A DNA stretch of 55,508 nt, counting the filler, from Bipalium vagum (taxonomy: Eukaryota): NCBI GenBank assembly GCA_037834085.1. It is 3 parts of 3 records of this genome, joined end to end, with 100 filler letters (N's around TTAATTAATTAA, not from the genome) between each part and the next. Parts side by side here need not be neighbours in the genome. Positions count along the whole stretch, not along the records: positions 1 to 17,780 come from JBBMKC010051548.1; 2 more parts are not named here. One strand, 5' to 3'. Both the position numbers and the translations under genes were made by a program. How positions within the stretch are numbered: the stretch's first letter is position 1; each line of letters opens with the position of its first letter. This document shows, in pieces, positions 1-12,075 of the stretch. Under the pieces are notes generated by a model that saw nothing but the letters and a program-made list of their open reading frames with translations, was not told where the DNA came from and searched no databases.

Positions 1-72
1 GACTGTCAAAATATAATATATCATTTTATTTCATGAAACTGCTAAGTGATCATAAACTTTTGGCGGGGACTG
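1..72. mobile_element. Tc1-like element terminus
   Basis: Reverse complement reads TA-CAGTCCCCGCCAAAAGTTTATGATCAC, a typical Tc1 TIR with TA target. Confidence 0.55.
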
Positions 73-1899
73 TATATGTATTCGTAATATTTTTTCCTAA
101 TAAAGATATTTATGAGGATTCCTTGTAAATCTGAAAATCGAGATTTGTTGTTTGATGAATGAAAATGTATCAAATTCTTAATCTAAAACAGAATATTTTT
201 GGCCTCAAGAGATAACTGTCATTTTTCTATATAATTATTATCAAGCAATATGACTTGATCGTGTCGCTCCGCTCATTTTGGTCTCCTTACTCAGGAAATT
301 ATTGCGTAACTGGACTAGTTTTTATTGTAGCGATTGGCAGTTACGACATAGTACAGTATGTCGCGCTGATCCCACCAGGTGCAGAGTAAGACGTTCTTCC
401 CGTGAATGTTCGATTTTGCCGGCTTATTGGAGCTTCCCGATGATCTTTATATAAAAACTATAATATATTTATAGAAAGCTGATAATATCTAGAAAATAAT
501 AGCAGTTCATTAAAAAATATATTGATTTACCGAAATAACATAAAACTTTAATAAAAACGTGGAAAATAACTTGTGCACCTGATACTTAATATCTTAATAT
601 GCAAACAAATCAGGATTGGTGAGAAAAACTCAACTTCAAGAAGAATTCCTTTTTATGAGAAGCAGAAGCAATCATGTTTAAACCTTTCTAAAGAAAGGGT
701 TGATGGAAAGATATCATGCACTACTGTTCCAGGTTAGAGCAAACGTATATTATTACCCAAAATTTGATTATTGTTTTTATTAATATTAAATATTGAATTA
801 AAATAAATTTAATTCATTGTTTAAATGAATTTTTAAATCAAATTTTTTACTTACTACAATTAATGATGTTGAAGGTTTTTGAGATAAGAGATTAAATATT
901 TTTTGTTTCTTTCCATTTTTAAAATATTTTTTAAAAATAAATATAAATATAAAAAATAAAAAAATTAATCAGAAACTAAGTTATATTTTACCATAATTTT
1001 ATTATAATTCTTTTCAGTTAAAATATTGAATTAAAATAAATCTAATTCATTGATTTCAGTTAAAATTATTATTTTTTAACTTATTTAATATTTTTAAAAT
1101 TAAATGATCCACATTATCATGCCCAGCTTTTAGAACTGATAAATCTACTTTCTTAAAGTTATAAATTGTTCAATAGGATTTTTTGGTTTCAAATCGTTAT
1201 TTATCTTCGTAATTAAATATATTACATTTTTAATTTGTATAAATAGGAGCAAATGTTATTTCTTCATCATAATATACAATTTTTCTTTCATTTTTAAAAT
1301 ATAAATTCTGAAACATTTTTAATATTTTACATCACAGAATATAATAGGATACAATTTTTTCATCTAATTTTCAATTTCTTTCACTTTTGTTTCACTTTTA
1401 AATTCTTAAAAAGTTAAATTTCATAAATTTTTATGTTATGTTTATAATATTTAAATTCAAAAAGTAATTTTCATTAAAATAAAATAATATTCAATGTTCC
1501 CTACATTCCTCCAAAATTTCAGTTTTAATTTCAATTCAGTTAATTCCTCTAATTCTTTTCATATATTTTCAAAATCAACATTATCAAAATAAATCTTTTT
1601 CACTTATATTATTATTTGAAGAGTTAAAAAATAAAGGTCTCATAAAAGTATATCTTTTCAACGAAAATATCTGACAATTTTCTTATTTTTCCTTTTAACA
1701 CATCTCACACAATATTTTGGATAATAATATTTATAGAACTGATGTTTTACCCGATTTATCCAAATTGGAGTGTTCGTGCGTTGCTCTAACCTAGGACAGT
1801 ATTTCATGATATCTTTCCATCGACTCTTTCTTTTGAAAGGTTTGAACATGATCGTTTCTGCTTCTCTAAAAAGGGATTCTTTTTCTTGAAACTGATTTC

Positions 1900-4488
1900 T
1901 GCCCATGTGAATAATTTTCTATTATCCCACACAGAATGAGGTCCGAATATAAACCAGAGCTACGACCTTCATGACGAGGGCAATCACTCAGCTCAAACTT
2001 TTCCCTATTGCCTCGAAGCTCAAAGAAAAAGTCTTTCAAATTGTCAGCTAAAGAACAGGCGGTACTGGAGTTGACAGAATCAGTTGGATTAATTATAAAG
2101 CAATTCTCTTTTGTGAAGTCGAGGATAAGCATAAGTTGGTGAAAGTACGGAGGCCGGAATAAAATGAAAATTATTGAGGCATTTGTGATGCTACTCAGAT
2201 CAATAAAAGACATGATATAATCAGTGCAACCGTCCACAATTGCTGTAAACGCAGTGCTATCAAAAAGAATATACCTGTCAGCAAGTTTCAGGTTTTCGAA
2301 AAAGACTTGGCTAGAGGAATTGTATAAGAGAAAATTGGTGTTTCTCGTCTTCGTCACAGCAGGCGAAACGGAATATGATGACGCCCTCCCATTATCTTTT
2401 TTATTATTAGCCTGGATTTTTGTATCTTTATTATGATTATTAATATAATTATAATATTTTTATTTAAAATATTAAAATTATTAAGATTATAATGGTTATT
2501 TTTGCTCTTATAATAATTCGAGGAGTGATCATTATCTACGACTGTGTTCTGGTAGCGCACACAAGTATTGTGATACGCTACGGTCAAAACGTCCGACGTC
2601 ACGGAATATTTGCAGATGATATTCGTGACAATTTTGAATTTGTTAAAGTCGTTTATGGATTCATTTGAACTAGCTTCAAAAAGAACACAATGAAATGGCT
2701 GAAACGAAATCTTTGGAATGAAATTCCAATTCCAAAATGAAGCAAATCTGTTGCCAAATGCAGCCATCCTTTCCGACAAAAGGTGGTTATACGTGTTAAA
2801 GATGTAACACTTTTTGCTTAAGAGAAAAACGTGGAGAATGTGCCAAAGGTTATCTAGAAGGAAAAGCAAATTACATCTTGAAGGTCTTTGGTGACACAAC
2901 TATTGTCAAGTACAACACTCAGATCACATTCAGCGTCAGTAATCGGAGGCAACAAAAAGTAACAGAGGAAGATGAGATTCAGTACTCGAGAACTTTATAA
3001 ATGAAGGGAATTTCAATATTCAGTGAACAGATATTCCTGAAACCTTCAAGATTTGAAAAGTTTTTATTTTGAAGGTTGAATAAAGAGACTATGTTCTTGA
3101 CGTAGCGAACCAATTCATCTTTGTTGAAAATAAAGGCGTTTTCTGTGCCTAAAAAAGAAATGAAAGTACTATAACCACAAACCAGAGGTCCGCAATCATA
3201 GCCTTTTGTTTGCCGTGGAAGATTTTCGTGAGGTTGTCTATTAATTGGACATCAAGATCGAAAAGAGAATTCAGGTTTCTACGAAGATTTTTGACGAGAG
3301 GCAAACAAACGTGAGACATATAAGCGTAAACAAGGGGATCAGTGAAGTATGAGCACATTGACAGCTTGCAGTAAACAAAGAGAATCCAGTGTTTATTCAT
3401 TTATTAGTGGACAGAACAGAGTGGATGCGGTATATGCATCTTTCTGGATAGTCGGGTTATTGTTTTGGTCCGACTGAGCAATCAGAAGAACAAAGATAGG
3501 GTTCATGTTGAAATGACCTTCACTAAGATGTGAGGAGAGAAAATAATCGATATCTGCGTCGGTGAAAAAACTTTGATCGCCGACCAGAATGGAGGTAGAG
3601 TTGAGTATACTAGTGCATTCTACACCTGTCAAAATAACAGGAATACTTGCAAAGAGACAGGTGTAGGCACATCATGTCAGAATTTCTTCAAAGCCTTCTG
3701 TTTGACATTTCTAGTACGCCTAGAAACTGGAGTATAGGGCGTAGCAACAGTAGGCTTAGGAGTTATTTCAATTGCATCCGATTTGACATCGCTATTCGAG
3801 TTGTTGGTATTCTTAGCATGACCATTGATGGAGGAAATACAAGAAGAACAGAGAAATCCAGACAGATTTGCGATAGAAATTTCAGTCAGAGACTCGTTGA
3901 CAATTAGGTGTCGGGGAAGTTCAGAACGTGACGTATCAAGCTTTTCAGAATTTGAGCAGTCAGATGCGGCTGGATTCAAGAACAGAAGCTTTCCATCGAC
4001 GCATTTCAGTTTAGTTTTCACAAGAAATTCCGGTAAGCTATGAGATTTAGTCAGTCTATCAACGATGTTATTAATTTCCTTAGCCTTTTTCTCTAAATTC
4101 GGATTGAAAACCGTCTTGGAAAAGTCATTCAAAAACTCTAACAAAAACTTTGAAAAATTTGGTGGCGCTTCAACAAAATCAGGGCCAAAAGAATTGAAAT
4201 CAAAAGTATTAAAATCGGACAAGAGAAAATTATCGGAAACAACAGTCGAAGAACGATTATTTAGATCAGAACTCCTTGAATTATTAATACATCTATTGTT
4301 ATGAAAATTAGTGACATTTTTTTATTATTATGATTTGATTTTTTATTAAAATGGGACAATTTAGGAGTCAAATTATTATTATCATTAACAGAGTGAACAC
4401 TAGTTTTATTAAAATTAAAATCAGCGATATTTTTGTTACTTTTTTTATTTTTAACAATCGAATTTTCAAAATATCGCTCAGTGTTCAT
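1900..4488 (-). pseudogene. Frameshifted long ORF with Ulp1/SENP (peptidase C48)-like protease domains, probably transposon-borne
   Basis: Motifs FTDADIDYFL, FCPLIN/NKHWILFVY, YFTDPL and, after a frameshift, Q-KGYDCGPLVCGY give a His-Asp-Cys triad. Two further degenerate similar blocks lie downstream. Confidence 0.7.
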
Positions 4489-5103
4489 TATATACAACTT
4501 GACCTTTTTATATATCAACTTTTTGATTGTGTCTGATTTTTTGTGTATATATCTTGTGTATGATGACCTTGTCTCTAATCCTGATCCTTATCGTCAAAAA
4601 AATAACTTTTTTATCTATTTTCTGAGAATTGAGGCTCACCACCCTTTTTAGAATTTTTCTGTTTATATTCCACCCACATTGCTGGCCTTTTTCTGAACAC
4701 CCCTCTCTACCATCTCTTCTTATATTTCAAATCTCAATCCCTATTAATCTGTCCTCTCATTGCACCCATAGCTTTAAAATTTTATCTTTTAGCATTTTGA
4801 AGTTGCCACATATGGGGAGCCTCAATCATAATTGTATTTATTTAATATTTGTTTATGTAATGCAAAATTGGAAAGTCCCGAACCAAGTCTGGTAAGGTTA
4901 ATCACGTAATTAATTTAAAATTTCTATTTACTAATCTGAAAAAATGATTCAATTTGGTGGCTTGGTTTCAAAGATATGGGACTTTCAATTTCCCACCCTT
5001 TAATTTAATTTATCTAAATAACTCTAAGTTTCTACTTAGTTATTTATTATCATTGTAGTATTTTTATGATATATGTTTTATTAATTTTAATAAATATGTT
5101 TCT

Positions 5104-6100
5104 ATGCCTTCAACCACTTTACTCCCCTGGCCATCCTCCACTTCCGCTTGTCTTCCGGCCTTACTTCCGCCTTCCCATTCAGGCTACGAATTCATACTCT
5201 TGACCCACTTTCTTATGGCTCATATCTATTTTCCGGATACCATGGGAAGCATATTCACACCTTCTGTACCAGCAGATTCCTTTCGCTGCCTCGGTGAGAG
5301 CTACCAAGTGCCAGCTCCTTGCTGAGGTAGCACTGAAAGACTATATTGTGGCGTATAATCCGAGCTTCTGGAAAACCTTCCAAAACTCGGACTATGTCCC
5401 TCTAGAAGCCCATTCTCCCTCTCCGAGTGCTCCCATTGGCTCCCCACTGACTGGCAACCGGCAACGCTGGGGTAACCGCCGTCGTGGACGTGGTCGAAGC
5501 CCGGGAAAAAAGCAAACTTTACCTTCGCTTCCGGCCCCCTCTGATACTGGAGATTTGATCATTTCGTGTACGAATGGCCCACATACGAGCCGTACGGTTT
5601 CTGTTAGGTGCCCGCTTGGGGAGAAACACAGCGCATACTGAGGAATTTATCCCAACCTAGTTCCCCAGTTACTACGGCTACGCCGTCTTTTCCAGTTTTT
5701 GTTGGAGTTGAATGTCAAACGGATCTCTGGAGTGCCCCTGAGCGCGTGGACCAAGCGTTACAGACTGATCCTTGGATATCTGCTCCGGCCTCTAACTTGA
5801 TCAAAAGTGTAGCTAGTACTTCCACTTCAAAATTGATGGTTTCCCAAAGGGCACCCCAAATTATCACTCCGAAGCGCACTGGCCCTCTCCACAGCCTCTT
5901 CAGAAATCCTTCAGCTGTCTCCCAACCATCTCCGCCTCTCTACACTGGACCGCCGCCAACTATTACCTAATCTGACACCGATATCTCATTCTCCCCGCTT
6001 GAAGGACCCTTCCATTCAACGAATGAAGCCTTGTCCCTGAAAACCTGCACCATCCGACTTTCTCAATCTGTTCCCCGTTGCTCTGAAATGCCCTGACATC
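5104..6100 (+). pseudogene. GC-rich Pro/Ser/Thr-rich ORF broken by frameshifts, likely retroelement ORF1/gag-like remnant
   Basis: Three overlapping ORFs in successive frames, much higher GC than flanks, basic patch RRRGRGRSPGKK; no recognisable domain. Confidence 0.35.
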
Positions 6101-6107
6101 CTCTCCA

Positions 6108-7136
6108 CTTTAACATAGAAGCAGCTTTAACCATATATGTAGCTGCGTCGGATATTAGAAAATTAAAATCATCAACATTAATATCAATTTCAATAAAAAT
6201 ACTTATAATTATTCTTACAATAATTCCAGAATAAATCGAGCTTTTCAATATAATCTTTTCATATAAATAATGCTCAAATGGATTTTCCAATAGCCAATAA
6301 TTACATTACAAAATTTAATACCTTTTACTTCAGCTTCATCTATTATTAAAAATATTTTCTTTTGGGTAAATTTAAATTTTAAGCTCATTTTCTTAGACCG
6401 ATAAATATCAATAATATGCAATCTAACTGAAGATTCTGATCAGCTTGATTGCCCCAAAAACATAAATAAATTTATAATTGCTGGATGTCTCGTTTTTTTA
6501 AAGGAATATCGGCAGCTAGAAACGATTCAGCAATTTTCATGGATAGAGATGATGTAGGAAAATTGATCTCTTGTTGAATTTTTGGACTTTTCATATCTTG
6601 TGCCAATTTCGAATGTTTTGACGTATTTAAATGTTGCACTACTGATGATTTTCGATCATAGGAAATATACGAAACACATATTTGACAGAATAATAATTTC
6701 GTTTAATATAAATTTGAATCTTTTGTACTTTTTTTGATATCTTAACCATTTTATTGGGATTGTGAGGATTAAAAAGTTTTAAATAATTTTAATTAGTTTA
6801 AATATTTATTATTTAAACTAATTAATTAGTTTGTTTGAATAATTGTTATATTAAAATAAATAATTTTGAAATGACTCTTGGTAACTTATCAACTGATATA
6901 AATGTAACTAACAGGGATAATAAGACAAATTTTAAATATTTATCATTGCTAAGTTAATGACAGACATTAAATAATAAATGATAAATAATTTAATAATAAA
7001 ACCGAAAAAACCTAAACATTTAAAATAATTTTACATTGAAAATTGTAAATTAATTAAAAAATCAAAAATGCGTATATAAATGCATTTTTGGTAAATTTGG
7101 GAATAATATGCATTTATATGCAAATTGGTTGCCCTA
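6108..7136 (-). mobile_element. hAT (CGGBP1/DUF659-like) transposon 5' remnant
   Basis: Decayed ORF from ATG 6749 with CQIC...QHLNTSKH Zn finger, FLAADIPLKK, IIDEAE and LISDAATYMVKAA; terminus TAGGGCAACCAATTTGCATATAAATGC at 7136. Confidence 0.75.
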
Positions 7137-7339
7137 GTCATCAATGTAGGACGAGGACCATGAAACGTGATTTTGATGGAGAAATGAATAACAATGCAAT
7201 GAGTCTCTCGTCATCTTCAATTAATTGGTTTTTAAAATAAATTAAACTAAAAACTTATATAATCACCACCTCATCCAAAAACACAAACATGGTTGTTTCG
7301 TGATTGTATCTTAACATCTCTCTAAACGCCGATTAATAG

Positions 7340-7738
7340 ATTATCTCTATGAAACCACTTCCTCACAGATTTGTAACGAGAAATAGGGCACGGTATTGTA
7401 TGCAAATTTCAGGAAAGCCAAGGAATGGGTGGGTCCTCAAAGAACGGCGGAGACTAGAGTTAAACAAAACTACCATCCAAAGAAGATTATGATATGTGTT
7501 TGGTGTGAGTTTTTATGAGGGTCTTTTGCGTGAGGAGATTTTTCTGAGGAACCAGACAGTTGATAAGAACTTTTATTTATTTCAATTAGAAAGAGTAAAT
7601 TAAGCTATTAAATAAAAAAGACCCAACCGAAAAGAGGAGGTTATCCTACTTCATGATAACTCGTGACCGCACACAACTAACTGTGATAAACTTGCCCTCC
7701 AAGAGCTTAATTGGGTAGTTCTTATACATCCTCAATAT
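7340..7738 (+). mobile_element. mariner transposase fragment
   Basis: HPKKIMICVW, VILLHDNS.PH, ELNWVVLIHPQY; cut off by an LTR-like insertion. Confidence 0.85.
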
Positions 7739-8470
7739 TGTTGGGTTTACCCAAAACACCCACCCGTCCCACATGAAAATTGTAAAATGGTGTTTAAAAT
7801 AATAATTATTATTATTATGAAATTGGACCCAAAAGGACAAAATAATAATAATAATCATAATCATAATCATAATAATACTAAGAATAATAATTAAATAATT
7901 TTAGCTAATTAAAAAGTACAAAAGTTAATTAAAAAGAAAAGAATGCAATAAATTTTTTTTTTGGATCTAATCTTGACAATGGCGAACCTAAATTGCCAAG
8001 ATTAGATCAGGGTCCGCAAGGAGGGACCGATTTAGGATTAATGATTCTAAAAGGGGAATTGACATTTCCCATTAATAAAATTAGTCTACCACTGATTAGT
8101 CGTCGACCAAAATACTATATAAGGAGAATTATCCATAAATTCGCCCTCAACGACAATGAGAAATTAGACAATCGTTATTCGAAGAAGACAATCGTTAATC
8201 GGAGGAGATTATCAGAGAATTCCAAGTATATTTTTAATGTACCCAACCCTGGAATTGTGTTTGAATTCCCCATCAGATGACTATTTCTGAGCAACTGTAA
8301 AGGCTCAGATAATAGTCCGGGAAGCTTAAACAAATCTAACCTGTAAGCTCGTTTATTTTATTTTCTTCTTGCTTATCTTAACAGTTTAATTTATTATTAA
8401 TATAAATATTATTATAATTTCACTATTGAATCATTTAGGTGTTTATTTTGTTGTTGTTTTTATGCAACTT
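7739..8470 (+). mobile_element. Putative solo LTR-like repeat (TGTTGGGTTTRCC family); right end approximate
   Basis: Starts TGTTGGGTTTACCCAAAACAC; same terminus at 24982 (+) and 38857 (-). Confidence 0.4.
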
Positions 8471-9214
8471 TTAATTAATTGCGGTTAGCGAAGCTTATAT
8501 AATTGCAAAGGGTTCCATGAGCAAAGTAGCCATTTGTATAGAGTACTGTTTTACCGAAAAGGTTGAAAAACACTGAATCTGAGTCAAAAGTTAGTTCCTA
8601 AAACAAAATCCAAAATTAAATTTTTCAAAATAAACCGTATTAAAAAAAAAGATGGGACAAATGTAATACCACATTGCCTCATAGTTAAGAGACAAAATCC
8701 ATAACACTTTTTTAAATCTAAGAGCCTTTTTAAATTGCATCGAATATCTAAAACGATTTAAAGTAGTTCTACATCTCTACTGTAGGAAATATTTTAATCA
8801 GAACTGAAGAAATATCTGTTCCAAAAAATTGGAAATTATCCATACATGAGCAAATATAATCAATAATCCCTTAAAAGTTTAGAAATTTTCTGACACCAAC
8901 ATATCTTTTTATGGATTTTGAAGGCTTCACAAATATACAGAACCAATTTTATCATTTTAGAACAAATCTATCGACCTAAAATCTTATGGTATGACTTGTG
9001 GACTTGTCTGATTTTCCGGAAAAGGTTTAGATTACATCAGTTATGATGGTACTTTTTATGATTTGTGTGTTAGAATATTTAAGTTCTCTCTTTTACTCTA
9101 AAGTAAACCTTTCCCTTCTAATTGATTATTTACACTAACAATCGATGATTTCGAAATTTAGGAGTGATTTTCTAAAAAAGACCTTGTCCAAAAGAAAATC
9201 CGTCGGACAAGATT

Positions 9215-9506
9215 TCAGGTCGAAGGAACGTGATCAGAGACTTGAGCTCGCACGAGAGACGAAGACAAAAGTAACGAAGCGTTCTCCAACGCCTTTATCG
9301 GCCTCTCTTTGTAACATAACAGAAACCCCTGGACCTGGGCCGGGGATACACGTCTCGGACCGATTTTGTGAACAAATTGCGACACAACACTCTCGTCACA
9401 GTTCGGATAAAATTGTCGAAACATTTTTTCCAATTGACTTTCTGAACATAATGTCAATTCAAACGACAAATCAACTCGGCCGGGTCGCACAAGAGCTGGA
9501 TCCAAT
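9215..9506 (-). CDS. BCS1L: BCS1 exon 3 (terminal)
   Basis: tttcAG acceptor; LDPALVRPGRVD (SRH/Arg finger) ... SPAQVQGFLL ... stop at 9215. Exons sum to 907+118+292 = 1317 nt, in frame. Confidence 0.92.
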
Positions 9507-9557
9507 CTGAAATGACTGACCAATGAAAAAACTTGTTCCCGCGAAACAAGACAATAC

Positions 9558-9675
9558 CTCTCCGGATAATTTGTTGTCATGAAAAGAATACGACCTTCAG
9601 TTGACGAAACTCCGTCCAAAGCATTCAACAAACCACTCAATGTTAACGGTGACATTCCTTGGTAAGCAGGATTTT
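9558..9675 (-). CDS. BCS1L: BCS1 exon 2
   Basis: catAG acceptor with phase-1 join giving KNPAYQGMSPLTLSGLLNALDGVSSTEGRILFMTTNYPER; donor AG|gtattg. Confidence 0.93.
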
Positions 9676-9806
9676 CTATGGGTCACAATTTTAAAAAATA
9701 ATTTATAATAAATAATAAAAATATAACTAAACAATAATAATAAAATAATCGCTATTCAGTCTTTAATAATTATCAATAATTAATGGATATTAATAAATAA
9801 TGAAAC

Positions 9807-9810
<4 letters not shown>

Positions 9811-9843
<33 letters not shown>
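9811..9843. repeat. (ATT)n microsatellite in BCS1 intron 1
   Basis: Directly visible run of about 11 ATT units. Confidence 0.9.
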
Positions 9844-9844
<1 letters not shown>

Positions 9845-9948
9845 GTTCGTAATCTTTAATAACAATGATACATAATAATCTTTATTAATAATGAAATAAA
9901 TTTTTTAATAAAAATAATTGATAAATTTAATATTATTAACTTGTAATA

Positions 9949-10481
9949 CAGGATTTAACACGTCATTTAGCTTCGTTAACATTACATTTCGTTATTAAAA
10001 AATTTGATTTAATTTTTATAACATAAGATTTTTCTAACAAAAAACACCAATATTTTTAATTAAATTCAACATAATCAATTTCCATCAATAATTGTCAGCT
10101 TCTGCATACATTTAGGGATAAAAGAAAACACATTGCGATAAAATCCAGCACAGTCTTCATTCGTTTTGAGAAGAGACGAATGGTCAATAACCATTAAAAG
10201 TTGCTCCTCATTTTGTGGCCTTGATTGTCTTACTTTTTGTTTCCATTTTGAAAACATATTTTCGATAGGATTTTAAAAAGGCGAATAAGGTGGAAGGAAT
10301 AATAGTTAAATATTTTCCAAATCGAATTTATCCCTAATTACTTGTGATTTATGGAAGGGAACATTGTCCATAATCACTAGGGCTTTAGAAATGTTCTGTG
10401 ATTTTTTAATATGCCCAACTAAATTATCGATTATGAAAACAAATTATAAATTTAACATACTATATGACGTGTTAACCCCTG
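9949..10481 (-). mobile_element. Internally deleted IS630/Tc1-like (DD34E) element in BCS1 intron 1
   Basis: TIRs CAGGATTTAACACGTCATTTAG / CTATATGACGTGTTAACCCCTG with TA on both sides; MDNVPFHKS...LFLPPYSPF*NPIENMFSKWK, 34 residues between D and E. Confidence 0.85.
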
Positions 10482-11168
10482 TAATAATTCATAATATTAA
10501 TCGATGATGTTTAATAATTATATGTTAATTATTAATAAAAATCAATAAAACTAAAAGTTAATAATAAAAGATAATTGAAATTAATAATACAAATGGGTAA
10601 CAGAACAAAAAATCAATACCATTCAATAATACAAGTAATATAAAGATATTAATAATAACTCTATAATGATCAATAATATTATCCAGTAAAGTAATATTAA
10701 TTGATAAAATTAATTTATAATAATCAAGAATTATTCCATAATCATTAATAATATTAAATCGATAATTACACATTTATAATATTAATTAATAATACAATTA
10801 AATAATAAGCAATAGAATTAATCGAAATAAATAAATTTTAATTAATATTTAATTAATCAATATTAATAGGAAAGATTAATCACAAAAAATATTTAATGAT
10901 AAAATTAAAAATGATTAAATAAACAACAGAAATAATTGATAATAATCAAAATAATAAATCTTAATAATCGATAAAATTATATAAGTAATATTTTTCAACA
11001 ATATAATGAAAAAATAATCAATAAAAATAAAAATAATCCATCGTAATATTAATAAATAACATTTAAATAGATTAATAGAAAATAATTAACCAATTAAAAG
11101 GAAAATTCTGTGTTTAAATTTCGTCGTCGTCGTCAATCTCTCCCACTCGGAAAAAAGTAGAAACTAAC

Positions 11169-12075
11169 TCGACTGGGAGCCGTCAGATCTACTGACGAAG
11201 GCTGCGTCGACGTCCTCGAGCAGAATGAGGGACTGGAGCGGTGCGTGGGCAAGCAAGTGGTCGAGGCGGTCGCCGGACATGCCGTACTCACCGAGACTAA
11301 GAACGCAGACGCTGTGCTGTAGGGCACCGGCAAGGGCTGCGATGAAGGACGACTTTCCGCAGCCAGGCGGGCCGTGGAGCAGGTAGCCGCGACGGTAAGG
11401 AACGCCTCGTGCGCGGTACCAATCTTGTTGGCTGATGAATTCACGCACGTCGTCAACCAGTTGCTGGGCGATACCATCGTCAAGGACAACGCTCGACAAA
11501 GGTCGTGGAGTGCGTGGATATCCGAAGGGGCGCCACTCCGCCCCGAATGCTTTATAGACTATCGTCCAACCGCTCTCCTTGCGCAGCGCTTCCCCCTTGG
11601 CAAGCTCGAGCACGCCGTGGAAGAACTGGCGGTCCCTGCCAATTGTTGTCAATGTTACGCTTTCAAATGGTGTTCCTGTGCCACTCAATGATCCCCCAAA
11701 TGATCCCATTGTCGTTGGCTGTGTCCTGGAACGTTCTGCCTTCACCAATCGACTCTGGAAAAGGAAAAAGTGCGCACCCGGGGCCGGGATGAACTCGTAT
11801 TGTGTCTCGATTTTGCCCGCTTCATTGCGGTGGAAAGCTGTCTCGACACTAAGATGGGATGCCGACATTTGACGCGCAAGCCACGGTGAGACCCACTGGT
11901 AGCTCTTGTCGGTACTCGGGATCTCAAGCGTCATCGTGAGGTTGCGTCGGGCCAGTGTCTGCAATAGCTGCACACCTTTGCGGAGAACTGCTGTTCCCAC
12001 TGCCAAACCGAACAGGCCGGATCCAGCTTGGAAGTAGTCATTAGTCAACAATGATTGAATTGCGGTTTCGATTGT
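11169..12075 (-). CDS. BCS1L: Mitochondrial chaperone BCS1 (AAA ATPase, complex III Rieske insertion), coding exon 1
   Basis: Reads TIETAIQSLLTNDYFQAGSGLFGLAVGTAVLRKG (BCS1 N-terminal TM segment), then EWRPFGYPRTPRPLSSVVLD, Walker A GYLLHGPPGCGKSS and Walker B LILLEDVDAAF. Preceded by acceptor tttttAG; ends at donor A|gttagt (phase 1). No in-frame ATG upstream. Confidence 0.95.

Noticed and set aside
9145-9510. 121-aa antisense ORF over BCS1 exon 3
   Set aside because: Shadow of the real minus-strand CDS.
10558-10773. Ile/Asn/Leu-rich short ORFs in AT-rich DNA (also 7646, 19625, 24574, 41225, 48582, 52016)
   Set aside because: Composition simply mirrors AT richness; no motifs or splice support.
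11133-11927. Several overlapping ORFs on both strands within BCS1 exon 1
   Set aside because: Expected shadow ORFs in high-GC coding DNA; no motifs.
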